From NCBI GenBank assembly GCA_010015585.1, contig ML975174.1: DNA of 64,000 bases. One strand, given 5' to 3'. Of this stretch, positions 10,782-22,853 are shown piece by piece. The DNA is from Eremomyces bilateralis CBS 781.70 (Eukaryota). Position 1 is the first letter of the stretch, and every line of letters begins with the position of its first letter. The translations under genes and the position numbers were made by a program. The notes below the pieces were generated by a model. That model did not search any database. It had not been told where the DNA came from and saw nothing but the letters and a program-made list of their open reading frames with translations.

Positions 10782-13700
10782 TACCGAAACAGTAATCTCC
10801 GGTGCCAACGAAGGGTTTTGGATCCCGTTCGTAGGAACTGCCGAATGCACCTCAGGCTGGACCGAGTCACATCGCGAGGGTCTAGACTCCTAGATATGTT
10901 GATTGTTTAATCCCCTGTTTAACTAGAAATTCGATGAAGACATGAAGCAAACTACCAAGTTATGTCCGTAGTCAGACGGTTGGTCGTCGCTTAATAATCG
11001 GCCACCAAAGTATGTAGACACGGTACGGTACGGACGTACGGTGCCCGATAGGTGGTGATACATGTACCGCCGTACTGGTCGGCTGGGTCGCGTCGCACAT
11101 GGGCGCATAGTCGTGGGTTAGTGGTTCCTCGATGCTTCACCACTCACCCGGTGTTTGGTGATTGGGACCCGCAAGTCGTTGTGAAAGGGATCCATGGACC
11201 ACGAGTCGACGATATTGTGGTTCGGACGGGAGCGGGAGTTAGGAAGTTCCAGAACTGCGCTAGAAGGTTGTGGCTTGGGGGGAATGGCAATGCGGTGTTT
11301 CGTGCCTCTGTGAAGGTTGTCATACCGTGGGACTGGGTAACGAGAAACGACTAGTCAGGGCTCAGGAGGTGTGGGATGTGTTGGTGACGGGTTCTGGATG
11401 CCCTGGCATGATTGTGAGATGGATAGGTAGATGGCATGGTGGTACCGAGCGGAAGAATTGCTAGATCCTCGTGGGTCTGGAAACGAGGAGGCTGGGTTGT
11501 TAGGTTGAGTTCGACGAGCGGCGGATGAGATTCAGATGCCAGATGACTGAAAGAGTTCTTCTATGGTGTGATCCGAAGTTACGGTCCTGGTGGCAGTAGA
11601 ATATTGGTTTGTTGTCAATACTACGTACATATTGAAAGCACGTGGACATTCTTGGTAGGTGGATTACCGCACCACAATATTTCCTGCTTCAACGATCTTG
11701 ATTCGCCCGAAGAACATCGGTCGCACCAGTCAGGTACCTGATGAATTATGTGTAATCATGAATATTCTTGACCAGTTTAGGTAGGCGAGATGAGGTGGAA
11801 CGTGGCAAACACCGTGAATACCATCCAACCACCTTGGCTTTCCATGCACTGTCATCTTGCGCTCCCATTCCGCTAGCAGAGGCAATCCTCATGGCGACTA
11901 CGACCATGGCATCCAATGCATAATCGAATGATCGATCAGCCGCAATAAGGAGCGTGACGTGCAGTAGTATCCCTTCCTTCTGACACCACCTGCCTTTCAC
12001 GATCCCCGCATCTCATATTGTCGTCTCAAGTCACGCTTAGGCGGCCATACAATATCATTCGATGACAAGCCAGGAAGAGTGGTAGAAACCCACCCCATGC
12101 CAGTATTATTCTTCCTGCAACCAGTAACGGACTGACCTTCGGGACAATCCTACCTTACGGTTTCATCAGCGGCGCTGTGGTGCAGCAATTGGCGTTGTCT
12201 AGTGGCGACAAGGATCATAACCTTGCGGAACGGACGGTGAACCAGAAAGCTTGGTATGTGTACAAGGGGCGTAATTGCGCATTGGTGGAGTGGAGAACTG
12301 AGGACGGAAAGACTTTTTATAAAAAAAAGAGGATGAGCGGAAAAGAAGATGAACTCGGCGGAAGTTAAAGCGGATATGGTGAGCCGTAAGTTGGTGGCTA
12401 TTCCCGAGATACTGTGAGCCAGGTAGATTTAGCAATGTATCGTGTAACAGCCAGGCTCTCATAGCTAGCTAGGAAATTGCAGATCAATTATACCATCCCA
12501 TCTGTTGTACGCTTGTACTTCGGTACGCAAAGGAGTGTTTGCCAGACTCGTAATTGCACCGCAGCGGCTGATGTCTCGTCCTTGTTTCCAGCCCTCAGCT
12601 CTTGGGGAGCACGATGTCTGCTATGTAGACTCGACCAGCACAGGGTAGGCGGCGGTCTGAGACACTGTCGCGGGAGTTCCGGAAACACTGTAAACAACGG
12701 ATGCTCCTTCGCGACGGCATCGCGCAGAGTCGCACAACATTTGGATGAACCACGCCACGGGTGACTTGGGTTGGCCAAGACCGCGGAGATGGGGACGAGG
12801 TTCGAGTCGGACTGCTCGAAACTCGTTCGATTGGTGTTGCTAGGAATGCTGAAAGCCCAGCTAATTTCGCGATCACGGCTTCAAAGCTTCAAAGTCCAGT
12901 TCCCTTTCCATGGCTCCATCCGCCCATGAACCAACCAAGAGCCATCGCTGTTCGGTACAGGGGGTTGGATGCTCGGCGTTGACCGAAGACAGGGAGAGTC
13001 CTTCAAAGGGATAAGATCAACGGATGCAATTTTCTGAGTTTTTCTCGACGTTGAAATAGTACCCACTTGCACATGCTTTTTCCAATTTGGGGATCGGTAG
13101 CGCCTAAATGCTGACGTTGATATCGAAAAATTTCCGTCCAGCCTCCATTCTCCAACGACGGTTTTCCGCCGCAATATCATATCCGGATAAACTTGCCATG
13201 GAAGTCCTCGAGCTGCTTATGGGACGGTACGGTACGGTATCGGTACGGGACGCGGAGGAGAATACCTTAGATGACGAAGCCGCATGGTCGCATCCCTCAT
13301 CTCTGCATCAACATGCCACAACCCTCCAAACTCCTCATTTATCCAATGCTCACCAGCTCGTCCTGTAATTGGCACGAACCCAGGCAGGTGCCGCTAAGCA
13401 CGGGAGAAACCCCTCAAATTGACGAGTGGGCCGACCAACAGAAATCTTAAACCTGCGGCTTACAGCTAGGGCCGATCGTTGGCCAGACTATTTACGCCTT
13501 TTGGCGGGGAATGTCACAGGATACATATCGGGACTTCGGGAGTCCGCGACAGGCCGACACCATGGAAACCTACAAGCTACTAGGCAAGGCGAATGGCAAA
13601 AGGCTAGCGGTCGCAAAGCCTTTCTCAAGCTTTGGGCGTCCTCCCCGTGATTTCAGAGCCTGCATGGCGTCCAGTTGGCGTCGAGAAACTTGCGATCCAA

Positions 13701-14422
13701 CAGCCCAGGGCCCAATGGGAGATGAACTAACGCGCCACCGCAGGGGGGAACGCCTAGGCCTTAATCATCCCCCGGACACTAAGCTCATCGAGCTTTTCTC
13801 CACTGACGCAACCCAGGGATGGCGGTTTTCCGTTGCAACGTCGACTGCCTTGCTGCGCTGCTTGGGGAGCATTTGCCTGGGATATTGGGGGCCCCGAAGG
13901 CGTTGGAGAGTTAGAGCGCCGGTGATGGAGGCCGGAGGCGATGGAGGTTTGGATGTGTTCCTTGGTGCTCCGGAGAATCCCCGAGTCCAGACTCCAGAGT
14001 GTGCAGGCATGCTAATTGCTGGGGAAGAGGAGAGATTGTGGAGGTAAGGAGGTTGGGAAGAGACGGAGAAGGCACGGCATGGAAGACACGGCATGAGGAG
14101 AACTGTAATCTAGAAGGTCTCAGACCTTGAAGGAGTACCGTACCATACAAAATAAAAAACTCTATCCACACAGTAAACATTGCCTCAGCTTCAATTTTTC
14201 CATGCTCGTGATCCTCAAACCGTCTACGGTGTCAAAGTCATGGTTTGATAATGATGCCAACCGTCCTATTAGCTTATAACGACGCTAGCTACTCCCTACG
14301 GCCAGTATCAGCCGATTCCAAATTTCAATGGCCCTAGTAATTCTTAGAGTAAGTAGTATGGCCAAATGGAACAATTACCTGACAGGAAAGCCGTGCACCC
14401 GAAAGTAATGTGGTTTCGTGAT

Positions 14423-14649
14423 GTGGGGAATGGGGTTTACTGGGGGACAATGTACCATTGATCGGCCAGCATCCCAATCAGGAATGGAATGCCATTGTTC
14501 TATTCGTAGCTCGCATCCTTTCTCTATACTTGTCCCTCATTTTCATCCTGGATCCGTGCTGGATCCGTGCTGGACCCGTCGGAGTGACCCTGGGCAACCA
14601 ATTCGCTCTGCATGCGTCCTTGAGGTATATTTTACCATGCGATCCCCGC
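14423..14649. promoter_or_regulatory. Candidate CreA/Cre1 (SYGGRG) sites upstream of the sugar transporter
   Basis: GTGGGG at 14423, CTGGGG at 14440 and CCCCGC at 14644. The motif is short, but the context suits a glucose-repressed transporter. Confidence 0.35.
14548..14579 (+). repeat. 11-nt tandem repeat (CTGGATCCGTG), about 3 copies
   Basis: ctggatccgtg ctggatccgtg ctggacccgt. Confidence 0.8.
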
Positions 14650-14866
14650 ATCCGTTCCCCGTTCTCCTCCCTTCGTTCTCTCTCGTGTCGATCCTCAGAG
14701 TCCGTTGAGCCCCAAACGTTCCTGTTCGTTGGACAATTCTCTAGGAAGTGAGCTCTCCTAGATCCTCAAAGGGTTCTATCTTTAATCTATCCCCTTGAGA
14801 ATCTCCCAATTCCGGATTTGAAATCTGTTATATACATTGCGCTGAGCGCCCAGCACCACATTAATC

Positions 14867-16636
14867 ATGTCTCTTTCACAAGGGGCCATTCGGGCCACGA
14901 CCGATGTCGAGCGCATCGAGGCGCCCGTGACGTTCAAGGCGTACATGATGTGCGCCTTCGCCGCCTTTGGAGGTATCTTCTTCGGATACGATTCAGGTTA
15001 TATCAACGGTGTCTTGGGTATCCCGTACGTGTGCTGCAAATGAATGAAAATGACGAGGATCGGCCGAATAACAGTGCGCAGATATTATATCCACCTTCAA
15101 ACGGGCCTCCCTTACTCGCTGCTCGACGACGAGGCCACCAAGGACCAATTCGCCATCCCGTCATGGAAGAAGTCGCTGATCGTCTCCATTCTTTCGCTCG
15201 GAACCTTCTTGGGTGCCATCATTGCCGGTGACCTGGCTGATTTCATCGGTCGTCGAACCACCGTCATTTTCGGCTGCCTCGTCTTCCTCGTCGGTGTCGT
15301 TCTCCAAACCGCATCTAACTCCGGCCTCGGGCTGATCATTCCCGGTCGTCTGATCGCCGGTTTCGGGGTCGGCTTCGTGTCCGCCACCATTATCCTGTAC
15401 ATGTCGGAGATTGCGCCTCGGAAGATCCGCGGCGCGCTGGTCTCCGGATACCAATTCTGCATCACCATCGGCCTGCTGCTTGCGTCGTGCGTCGCGTATG
15501 GCACCCAGGATTTCACCGACACCTCCTCCTACCGCGTCCCAATCGCACTGCAGATGCTCTGGGCCATCATCTTGGCGATCGGGCTCTTCTTCCTCCCCGA
15601 ATCCCCGCGCTACTTCGTCAAGAAAGGCAACCTCGAGAGGGCCCGCGGCGTCCTCGCCCGCGTCCGTGGCCAGGCGGTGGACTCCGAGCTGATCGAGCAG
15701 GAACTGGCCGAGATCGTCGCGAACCACGAGTACGAAATGCAGGTGATCCCGCAGGGCAGCTACTTCAGCAGCTGGGCGAACTGCTTCAAGGGCAGTCTCT
15801 GGAGGCCGAACAGCAACCTCCGCCGCACCATCCTCGGCACCTCCCTCCAGATGATGCAGCAATGGACCGGCATCAACTTCATCTTCTACTTCGGCACTAC
15901 CTTCTTCCAGCAACTCGGCACCATCGACAACCCCTTCCTCATCTCCCTCATCACCACCCTCGTCAACGTCCTCTCCACTCCCCTCTCTTTCTGGGCCATC
16001 GAGCGGTTCGGCCGTCGCCCGCTGCTCATCTGGGGTGCGCTGGGCATGTTGATCTGCGAGTTCATCGTCGCCATTGCGGGCACCGTCGATGGCGATAACC
16101 CGCACACCGTCAAGGCTATGATCTCCTTCATCTGCATCTACATCTTCTTCTTCGCCACCACCTGGGGACCGGGCGCGTGGGTCATCATCGGCGAGATCTT
16201 CCCGCTTCAGATCCGTTCGCGTGGCGTCGGTCTCTCTACGGCATCCAACTGGCTCTGGAACTGCGTAAGTACTCCCTTCACCCGACAAACTCCATAAAAA
16301 ACCCGCTCAGTTCTAACCTTCGTGATATAGATCATCGCCGTCATCACCCCCTACATGGTCGACAAGCAGTACGGCGACCTCAAGGCCAAGGTCTTCTTCA
16401 TCTGGGGCGGCCTCTGCATCTTATGCTTCTTCTACGCCTACTTCCTCATCTACGAGACTAAGGGCCTATCGCTCGAACAGGTCGACAAGATGATGGAGGA
16501 GACGACGCCTTTGACGAGCGCGCACTGGAAGGCGACCACGACGTTCGCGGCGGAGATGGGGTTGACGGACAAAGGCACGCTCAGGGCGGAGGTGCCGCAG
16601 GAGTCGGAGAAGAAGGAACCCGGATCGGTTGTTTGA
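14867..16636 (+). CDS. MFS sugar porter, probably a high-affinity hexose transporter (introns 15025-15081 and 16265-16330)
   Basis: GGIFFGYDSGYING, DFIGRR, YMSEIAPRKIRG, PESPR, QQWTGINFIFY, ERFGRR, GEIFPLQIRSRG and ETKGLSLE sugar-porter motifs; canonical splice sites. Confidence 0.95.
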
Positions 16637-17165
16637 TTAGATCTTTGGATCTTTTGGGATTTATAGCCAGTGTTCTTGAGTTTAATTGGGTGAGGTGTGG
16701 GTGATCTGCTGTACTTCGGTTCGAGCGATGGATGGGAGGCGATGCTGAGCATGAGATTAGTTGGTTGAAGAGTCCATGAAACTGTCTACTATAAGTATTA
16801 CCTTTGTTCGCAGAATTTAATAATAGCCCGGGAGAGGGAATCCAGGAGAGGTACATTGAGATGCGTCAAATACACCCCACCAACTTTCGAATTATACACC
16901 GATCACGTGATGTAGGAATCCTGTGCTATGATTGGTCTATAACGAAACAGATGTTTATCACGTGACTTAATCAGTCACCGCGCGAGGACAACCTTCCCCA
17001 CCTATTATACATTACTGAGCGCAATGTATGTAATTAGTCAGCTTAGGTAGTTCCCCACATGGGCCTCGCCGAGAGGCCTGACGGGCGTATGAATCTCTCT
17101 CTCTCACATTACTGAGCGCGTCTGAACCGCGAACTGTCAACTAGATATCCTAAAATCTATGAGCC

Positions 17166-18626
17166 TTATCCCTCAATTAGCACTTGCTTCTCTTTCTTCA
17201 ATGACAAGGCAATATCAATTGGAATCTTCAGCACATTTGCCACGATATCAGCAGGAGTCAGTGCCAGCCATTGGGTTAATGAGATATCAGCAACGCGGTC
17301 ACTCTTGTATATCTCAATCCACACAAGTTCTTCCGTTTCGGAGATGTTCTCGATGTAATGGCCTGGTTCAGTTAGCTTTCGCTCTCCGCATTTGTTGTGG
17401 ACTTACCGCTATTGTCCGGGAACACCCCCGTGTCGCCTGCGCTGAAGTCGAAAGTCCTCGCATTCGAGTTTCCGATGAAGACGGTGGCTCGGGCTTCGCC
17501 TTTGTGGAAATAGAGCCATTCCTCGGCCTGTGGTTGTTAGCAAGCGGAGTGTGGTTGACTTTGTACTCACATTTGGGTGCCAATGAAGCTCTCTCAGTCC
17601 CTTTGGCTTCAGTGTGACGATGGTTGCAGCAAGGGTAGTCGCAATTGGGAAGGTCTTGGTATCAACGATTCGAAGGGTGCCGCCTCGTCCAGGGACTGGT
17701 TCTGTAGGATGATCTGCCGATCGATAGACGTACGAACTATTACCTTTGAGTTCGCCAGCTGGGCCAGTGACGTTTCGAGTGTCCACTGTCGCATTGAGGA
17801 TATAAGGATTCGGGGAGGGAACCGAACCGAACACGGACTCGGGAAGCCCGAAGTTTTTAGCAAGGATGGATTTTGGCGTATGACTAATCCAGTCATCGAT
17901 GTTGAACGTGACACTGACAAAATCAGCTTGGAGACTTTGGACAAAGGCACTTGAGGAGCACGCACCCCACAGCATCAAAGTTCCCGTCATCGAAGACCAG
18001 GAGGTACTCGTTTTCGTCATGCAGACCTTGTATAGTGTGCGCTTCTCCCTTTGGAAAGTACCAAATATCTCCAACACCAAGACGCTCCACTTGATATCTT
18101 CCAAATTCGTCGACGGCGGATACAAGAACTTCTCCAGCATAGACGTATCCCCATTCAGCCTGAAACAGTCAGCAGGTGGCCAGGTCCTTCAAGGCTCGGA
18201 TGTACAAACCACCCGATGCCAATGCAACTCGCGAATTGCTCCCTTCTTCAAATGTTGCTGGGCGGCAGCAATATCATGACTCGATGGGAGATCGGAAGTG
18301 ACCTGCTGTCGAACCCATCCTCCCGGCAGGAGCCTTGTCTTGCTATCTGAAAAACTCCATTTCAAGTTCGGGACAGATCCGCTGTCAGTGGATTGGGCGC
18401 CGAGATTATCGGGGTTCTGAAGATCGATCGCTTTATTCGTGCCTCCTGAGTGGGTATTAGTCAGGGTCTATGGAATGGATCGTTCCAACTTACCAAGCAA
18501 TGGAGCGCCTTTGTCTCCGTTGATCGGTTGGCCAGAATATACGTCACCCGAAGTAACAGCAGCACTCTGAACGCTATCGACAACAACCGCCAAAAGAACA
18601 ACGAGCATTCGACATAACATTGCCAT
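17166..18626 (-). CDS. Secreted bicupin of the oxalate decarboxylase/oxidase family, 6 exons
   Basis: The spliced product has a signal-like N-terminus (MAMLCRMLVVLLAVVVDSVQSA), VPNLKWSFSDS, and two Mn-binding cupin motifs (IRELHWHRV-AEW...HTIQG; LRELHWHPN-AEEW...GHYIEN). It ends KREKQVLIEG*. Five GT-AG introns restore an uninterrupted frame. Confidence 0.93.
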
Positions 18627-20244
18627 ACCTGGAGATCAAGAAAATCTGTACGCGAATTTGCGTGCAAGTCCGCCTTCCAGACACTCCCAAAGACGATGCA
18701 GAGGACAATGGAAAAACATATTAGCATTCCCTAAGACATTTATGCAGGAATCTCTAGAATACCATTCATGATCACTTTGCGATGACGGGAGGCTCCAATA
18801 AAATGGCGACATTCAGCGGATGAGTGTGGCGTCTCTTTGAACAGTATACTGAATGTCGATCATTGAACTTACTCATCGTATCCGAACATTTTCTCACCGT
18901 TGGAATATATGGATAATGGAATGGCCTCAAATTGCTTGATGGACTTCGAAATGAGGCCAGGACAAAAGCAATGTCAATTGTGTCATTGTCACGAAATAAC
19001 GCCATTCTTGGCATCAAACCCTGGAGGCTGAATGGACAACACCATGCAATTTTGACCACTAAAACAGCATCACAATATCTGAAAAAGGCTAGGGCACGTT
19101 GAATTTCATGGCTGCAGTGATGATGTTCAATTTAAAGTTACAAAAGTGCCAATAAGCTTCGTCAAGAGCGGGGATCGACATTTCGATTGCTTGATTTTCA
19201 TAAGGTTATTCTTTATGGCTGTTTTTCACTCCAGGTTCGACCACCTGAACAGAATTGTTGTTTTTTGAGTCTCCCGCTGTACCACATTCTCGGAGAGTTG
19301 ATTACACTGGCTCCTGAATATCTTCAAAACCAAGACTTTAGGCGCTCTTTTTCGGTGACTTCGCCTTGGTCTAGGCCGATATACTCCTACAAGGAACCAG
19401 GTAGAGATGAAATGAGGGAAATGGACCTTGCAAAATTATTACCGCTAGATTGGAACGACGCAGCATTAGCTGATCGGCTCCTGAGTTACGTAAATCTGAT
19501 TTGTTTTTCGAAGTTCACCCCGACAAAGAGGACGGCGAACGAGCATATCCAGCCATCTACGTCAACGCACGTTCAGTCACTTCAGTGTCAATATATCCTA
19601 TCAAAGAGTGGAACTTCTCGTCTCCATTCAACTCGCAGCCTATCACCTCCTCTCCAATCAGATCGAGCCGCACCCCTTAATTCGAAGTCTGAGCGCAACA
19701 CGTCGCCTTTTCGGAAGCTTTTGAACACACCGTGGGATACAAACTGCGATCGTTCTCACGATTCTTGGCAGCTCCATGAACAGAGATCGCCATCACCCCT
19801 GTTTTCATTTCCAGGTTCATGGCAATAATTCGCCTAGTTAGGTAGGATGGTGCCAGTTCCGTCTTCTGTCCTGTCGATGAGTGTCCAGTTTGGGAAATTC
19901 GACAACAATTCGGCGGACTTGCGGGCCATAGTCATCCAAATTTGGCTCTTCTAGACACCCCATTGCTCTTTATCCTTTCTATAGTGCAAGCCTGTTGAAT
20001 TTGCCTTCTCCTGAGTTCCAAGATCAGTCTCAATTCTCATCAAGGTCATCACCAGAATATGATGCAAGAAAAGCCACGAATTGTTATATCTTTGGCTTCA
20101 GAGGAGATGGGGTTGAAGTTCATTCTCTTCAGTCGCGTGACCAGGTAAGTAGGGAGATATATATTCCTTCATAGTCATCACCAATCCGCTCAAAAGGTCG
20201 CAGGCAACTTTTCGAGTTCATTTGAGTCTATTATTTGCTCCAAG

Positions 20245-22020
20245 ATGACCTTCTTATCCAAGAGCCTTACAGTTGGCGCGCTTCTCGCATGCAGCAATGC
20301 ACTCTCCATCTCTTTGCCGCCTCTCATTCCGTCGATCCCTGGAGTGACAGTCCCGCTGCTCCCGAACGCTGCTCCTCCTCTTCCAATTCTCCAGGTGCCG
20401 ACCCCACCGTTGGAGAGCCCTCCCTTTGAAGGCAGCAACATCAAGCCGAAGAAGATTGGCTACTTTTGGACTGCGGCAGGAGACAACCAGCACAAGGGTG
20501 AGTGCGCAACGTAGGTGCTTCTTGAAAGATCACTGACATTGATTTCAGACTTCTTGGCCACGTATAGTCTTGATGATGTGAGTTTGAACTTTGCTGCCTT
20601 CTAGAGCCAATCCCACACTTATACAGGACGCGATGACGATGATAAGAGATTGACAAAAGATAGGACACCTTTGGCACGCTTCTTTGGATCACGGACGTAC
20701 CATCGAGCGGCAACAGTCCTCATCATCTCGGTCCGTCGCTTGACGGGAAGACATTGATCGGAGGGGGACTTCTGTCCTTGTTGAAGACCCAGGTGAGTAG
20801 CCGCCTTGCTCCGAATATCATAGCAGACTGATGGTATAGGACACTGCGTTCTACTTCGATACCTCCGACCCGTATCACCCAACATTCAAGAAAAGCAATC
20901 GCGCTTTGCTTTCTTCCATCGTTGATGAGATCAGGGCCAAGCCAGATGGGTAAGTCATACCCACAAATATTCGATGTCAGGTCTAACCCAGACACAGAGG
21001 ATTCTTCATTACATACATGGGCTGTGAGTTTCTTTTGTCCATCCCTATTGCAAGGTCTGACAGGGTGCAGCTGCTGTCGGCACATCTCCAGGACGACTTG
21101 TTGAGACTGATGCGAACTTTAATGTCATTCATGAATGGCCCGAAGATGTCAGCGGCCTCCTCAATATTCTAGGAGAGCAGTTCAGTCCTCACGGGCTGAC
21201 AATCGACTTCGAACGGGATGTGATTCTGACCTCGGATTTCGTTGTCCCTATCTCAATCCTCAAGCCAACATTGGGAATTGCGAAGGCGAACACACTACGA
21301 CTTTGGGATTTGCCTACACGAGAGATCATCAGCACCATCACTATACCAAACGTACGTTGCTCTTCGTAACTTATCGGAATCTGCTAACTTCTTTCAAGGG
21401 GGGCGGGATCCAGGACGTCAAGTTCATCCCCGGGAACCCGGAATCTGCTGCTCTTGCTACAGCCGTCCACCTGGGTCAAGTTTGGGTAATTTATCCGTTC
21501 CGCAAAGACGGAAATGGAAAGCAAGGAGTCGCAGAACCCCTCTACGACCTGGGACCAAAGGCTCGGGACACAGTGGCTATTTAGTAGGTTGCGAATCCTC
21601 TTCGAGCAACTATGACTGACAGCTTCCAGTTCCGATATCACGCAAGACGGCAAATACGCCTACTTCACGCTTACCACAGCGAACCACATTGCGGCTCTTG
21701 ATATCAGTGATCTTGATAATGTCAAACGCCTTGACAATCCTGATGAAGACCAAGACACTATCGGGCCCCACTACATCAAGGTCACTCCCGACCAAAAGCA
21801 TATTGTCGTCACGGACTACTTTGTCCAGACTGGTGAAATCGGTGTGATCAACACGCCGGCAGATTTCCAGGCTCTTTACATTGACATCTTGCCGGATGGC
21901 GGACTCAGCTTCAATCGCACGATTGACTTCCCGCGAGAGTTCGCGAATCGTGGAGGAGCTAAACCGCATAGTGCTGTGGTGTTCGACCTCACCGATCCAA
22001 ATGACCCTAAATACTATTAG
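20245..22020 (+). CDS. Secreted selenium-binding protein (SBP56)/methanethiol oxidase-like beta-propeller, 8 exons
   Basis: Seven GT-AG introns give an intact frame: signal peptide, Pro-rich linker, then DFLATYSLDDDTFG, GNSPHHLG, GGGLLSLL, PGRLVE, HEWPED, SPHGLTID, ILTSDF, NTLRLWDL, GPHYIKVTPD and KPHSAV. The order of these blocks matches SBP56-family proteins. Confidence 0.8.
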
Positions 22021-22853
22021 TCCGAGCTTCATGGGGGTTGGAAGAGAAATTGCGAAGGTGGTCACCTAAATAGTCTGTCGTTTATAATGGCGAGGAACCC
22101 ATTTCATTCTTCAACACATACAGGTTCAGATCATTCGTTAGCTCGTTAATTCAGTCGGTTCTTCCTCTCCATTAAGGGTTATGCGATTATGTCCCTGTGA
22201 CCATTAGGCCCTTGGCACCAATGCGAGCTCTCAGAGTCTCAAACGGGAGTCAGATCAGAGTAGCTGAGTAGGGAGAGGTTTTTGATGAATCTACCCAACC
22301 AAGCTAAATCCCTAAAAGGGGCCCCTCTAAGAATCTAGACGATGTGACAGTCTTGGGCTTCGACCAGTCTGTGTGTTGTGGCCTTGCGGCCTAAGGCAGA
22401 ATCAGGGATAGGTAGACGGTTTGCTCACAGATGTAAATAATAGCAGATCGCAGTGAGAGAAATCTTTTCCTTTTCTCTTTAGCAATTCAACAGCGTTACC
22501 AGCTACTAAATCCTTAGTGGTTTGGGCGCCATGACAGAAGAGGGGGGTAATTAGATATATCAAGGTTCGACAGTTTTCCCCATATCGTGCACGGTTACGA
22601 ATACATTACTAATATATTACCGCTCCTAGCGTCCTAGTAGCTGCCTCCGTAATTTAAGTAACTAGCTATTATTCCTCTAACTTAGGTACTTGATTCCAAC
22701 ATCCAAAATCATTTGTTTATGACCATGGCCAAACCCTCAACCCCGTGCCTGTGAACGCTTCCTTTCTTCTCTCTCCCTTGGGAGCCACATCCCCAACCCA
22801 ATCAATCAATTGTCTCGTCTTGAGACGCGCCGCTCATTACTTCTCCTTCCATC

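Noticed and set aside
8690..10900. Host gene disrupted by the transposon
   Set aside because: The reconstructed empty site gave only short frames without recognisable similarity in the frames I read.
15161..16288. 375-aa antisense ORF, and similar long shadow ORFs at 23079-23792, 29984-30886, 39701-40756, 53788-55086, 55804-56691 and 58691-59716
   Set aside because: They lie opposite well-supported genes, are explained by strong GC3 codon bias, and have no recognisable motifs.
17166..18626. Bicupin as a pseudogene because the ORF track shows only broken frames
   Set aside because: All breaks are canonical introns and the spliced frame is intact. The same holds for the apparent TAG at 21582 in the SBP56 gene, which spans an exon-intron junction.
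18956..19769. Three PacC-like GCCARG sites in the shared spacer
   Set aside because: Attractive for pH/oxalate regulation, but 1-2 are expected by chance in 1.6 kb.
19187..19828. 213-aa ORF in the bicupin/SBP56 spacer
   Set aside because: Non-ATG start, no codon bias and no motif; treated as promoter DNA.
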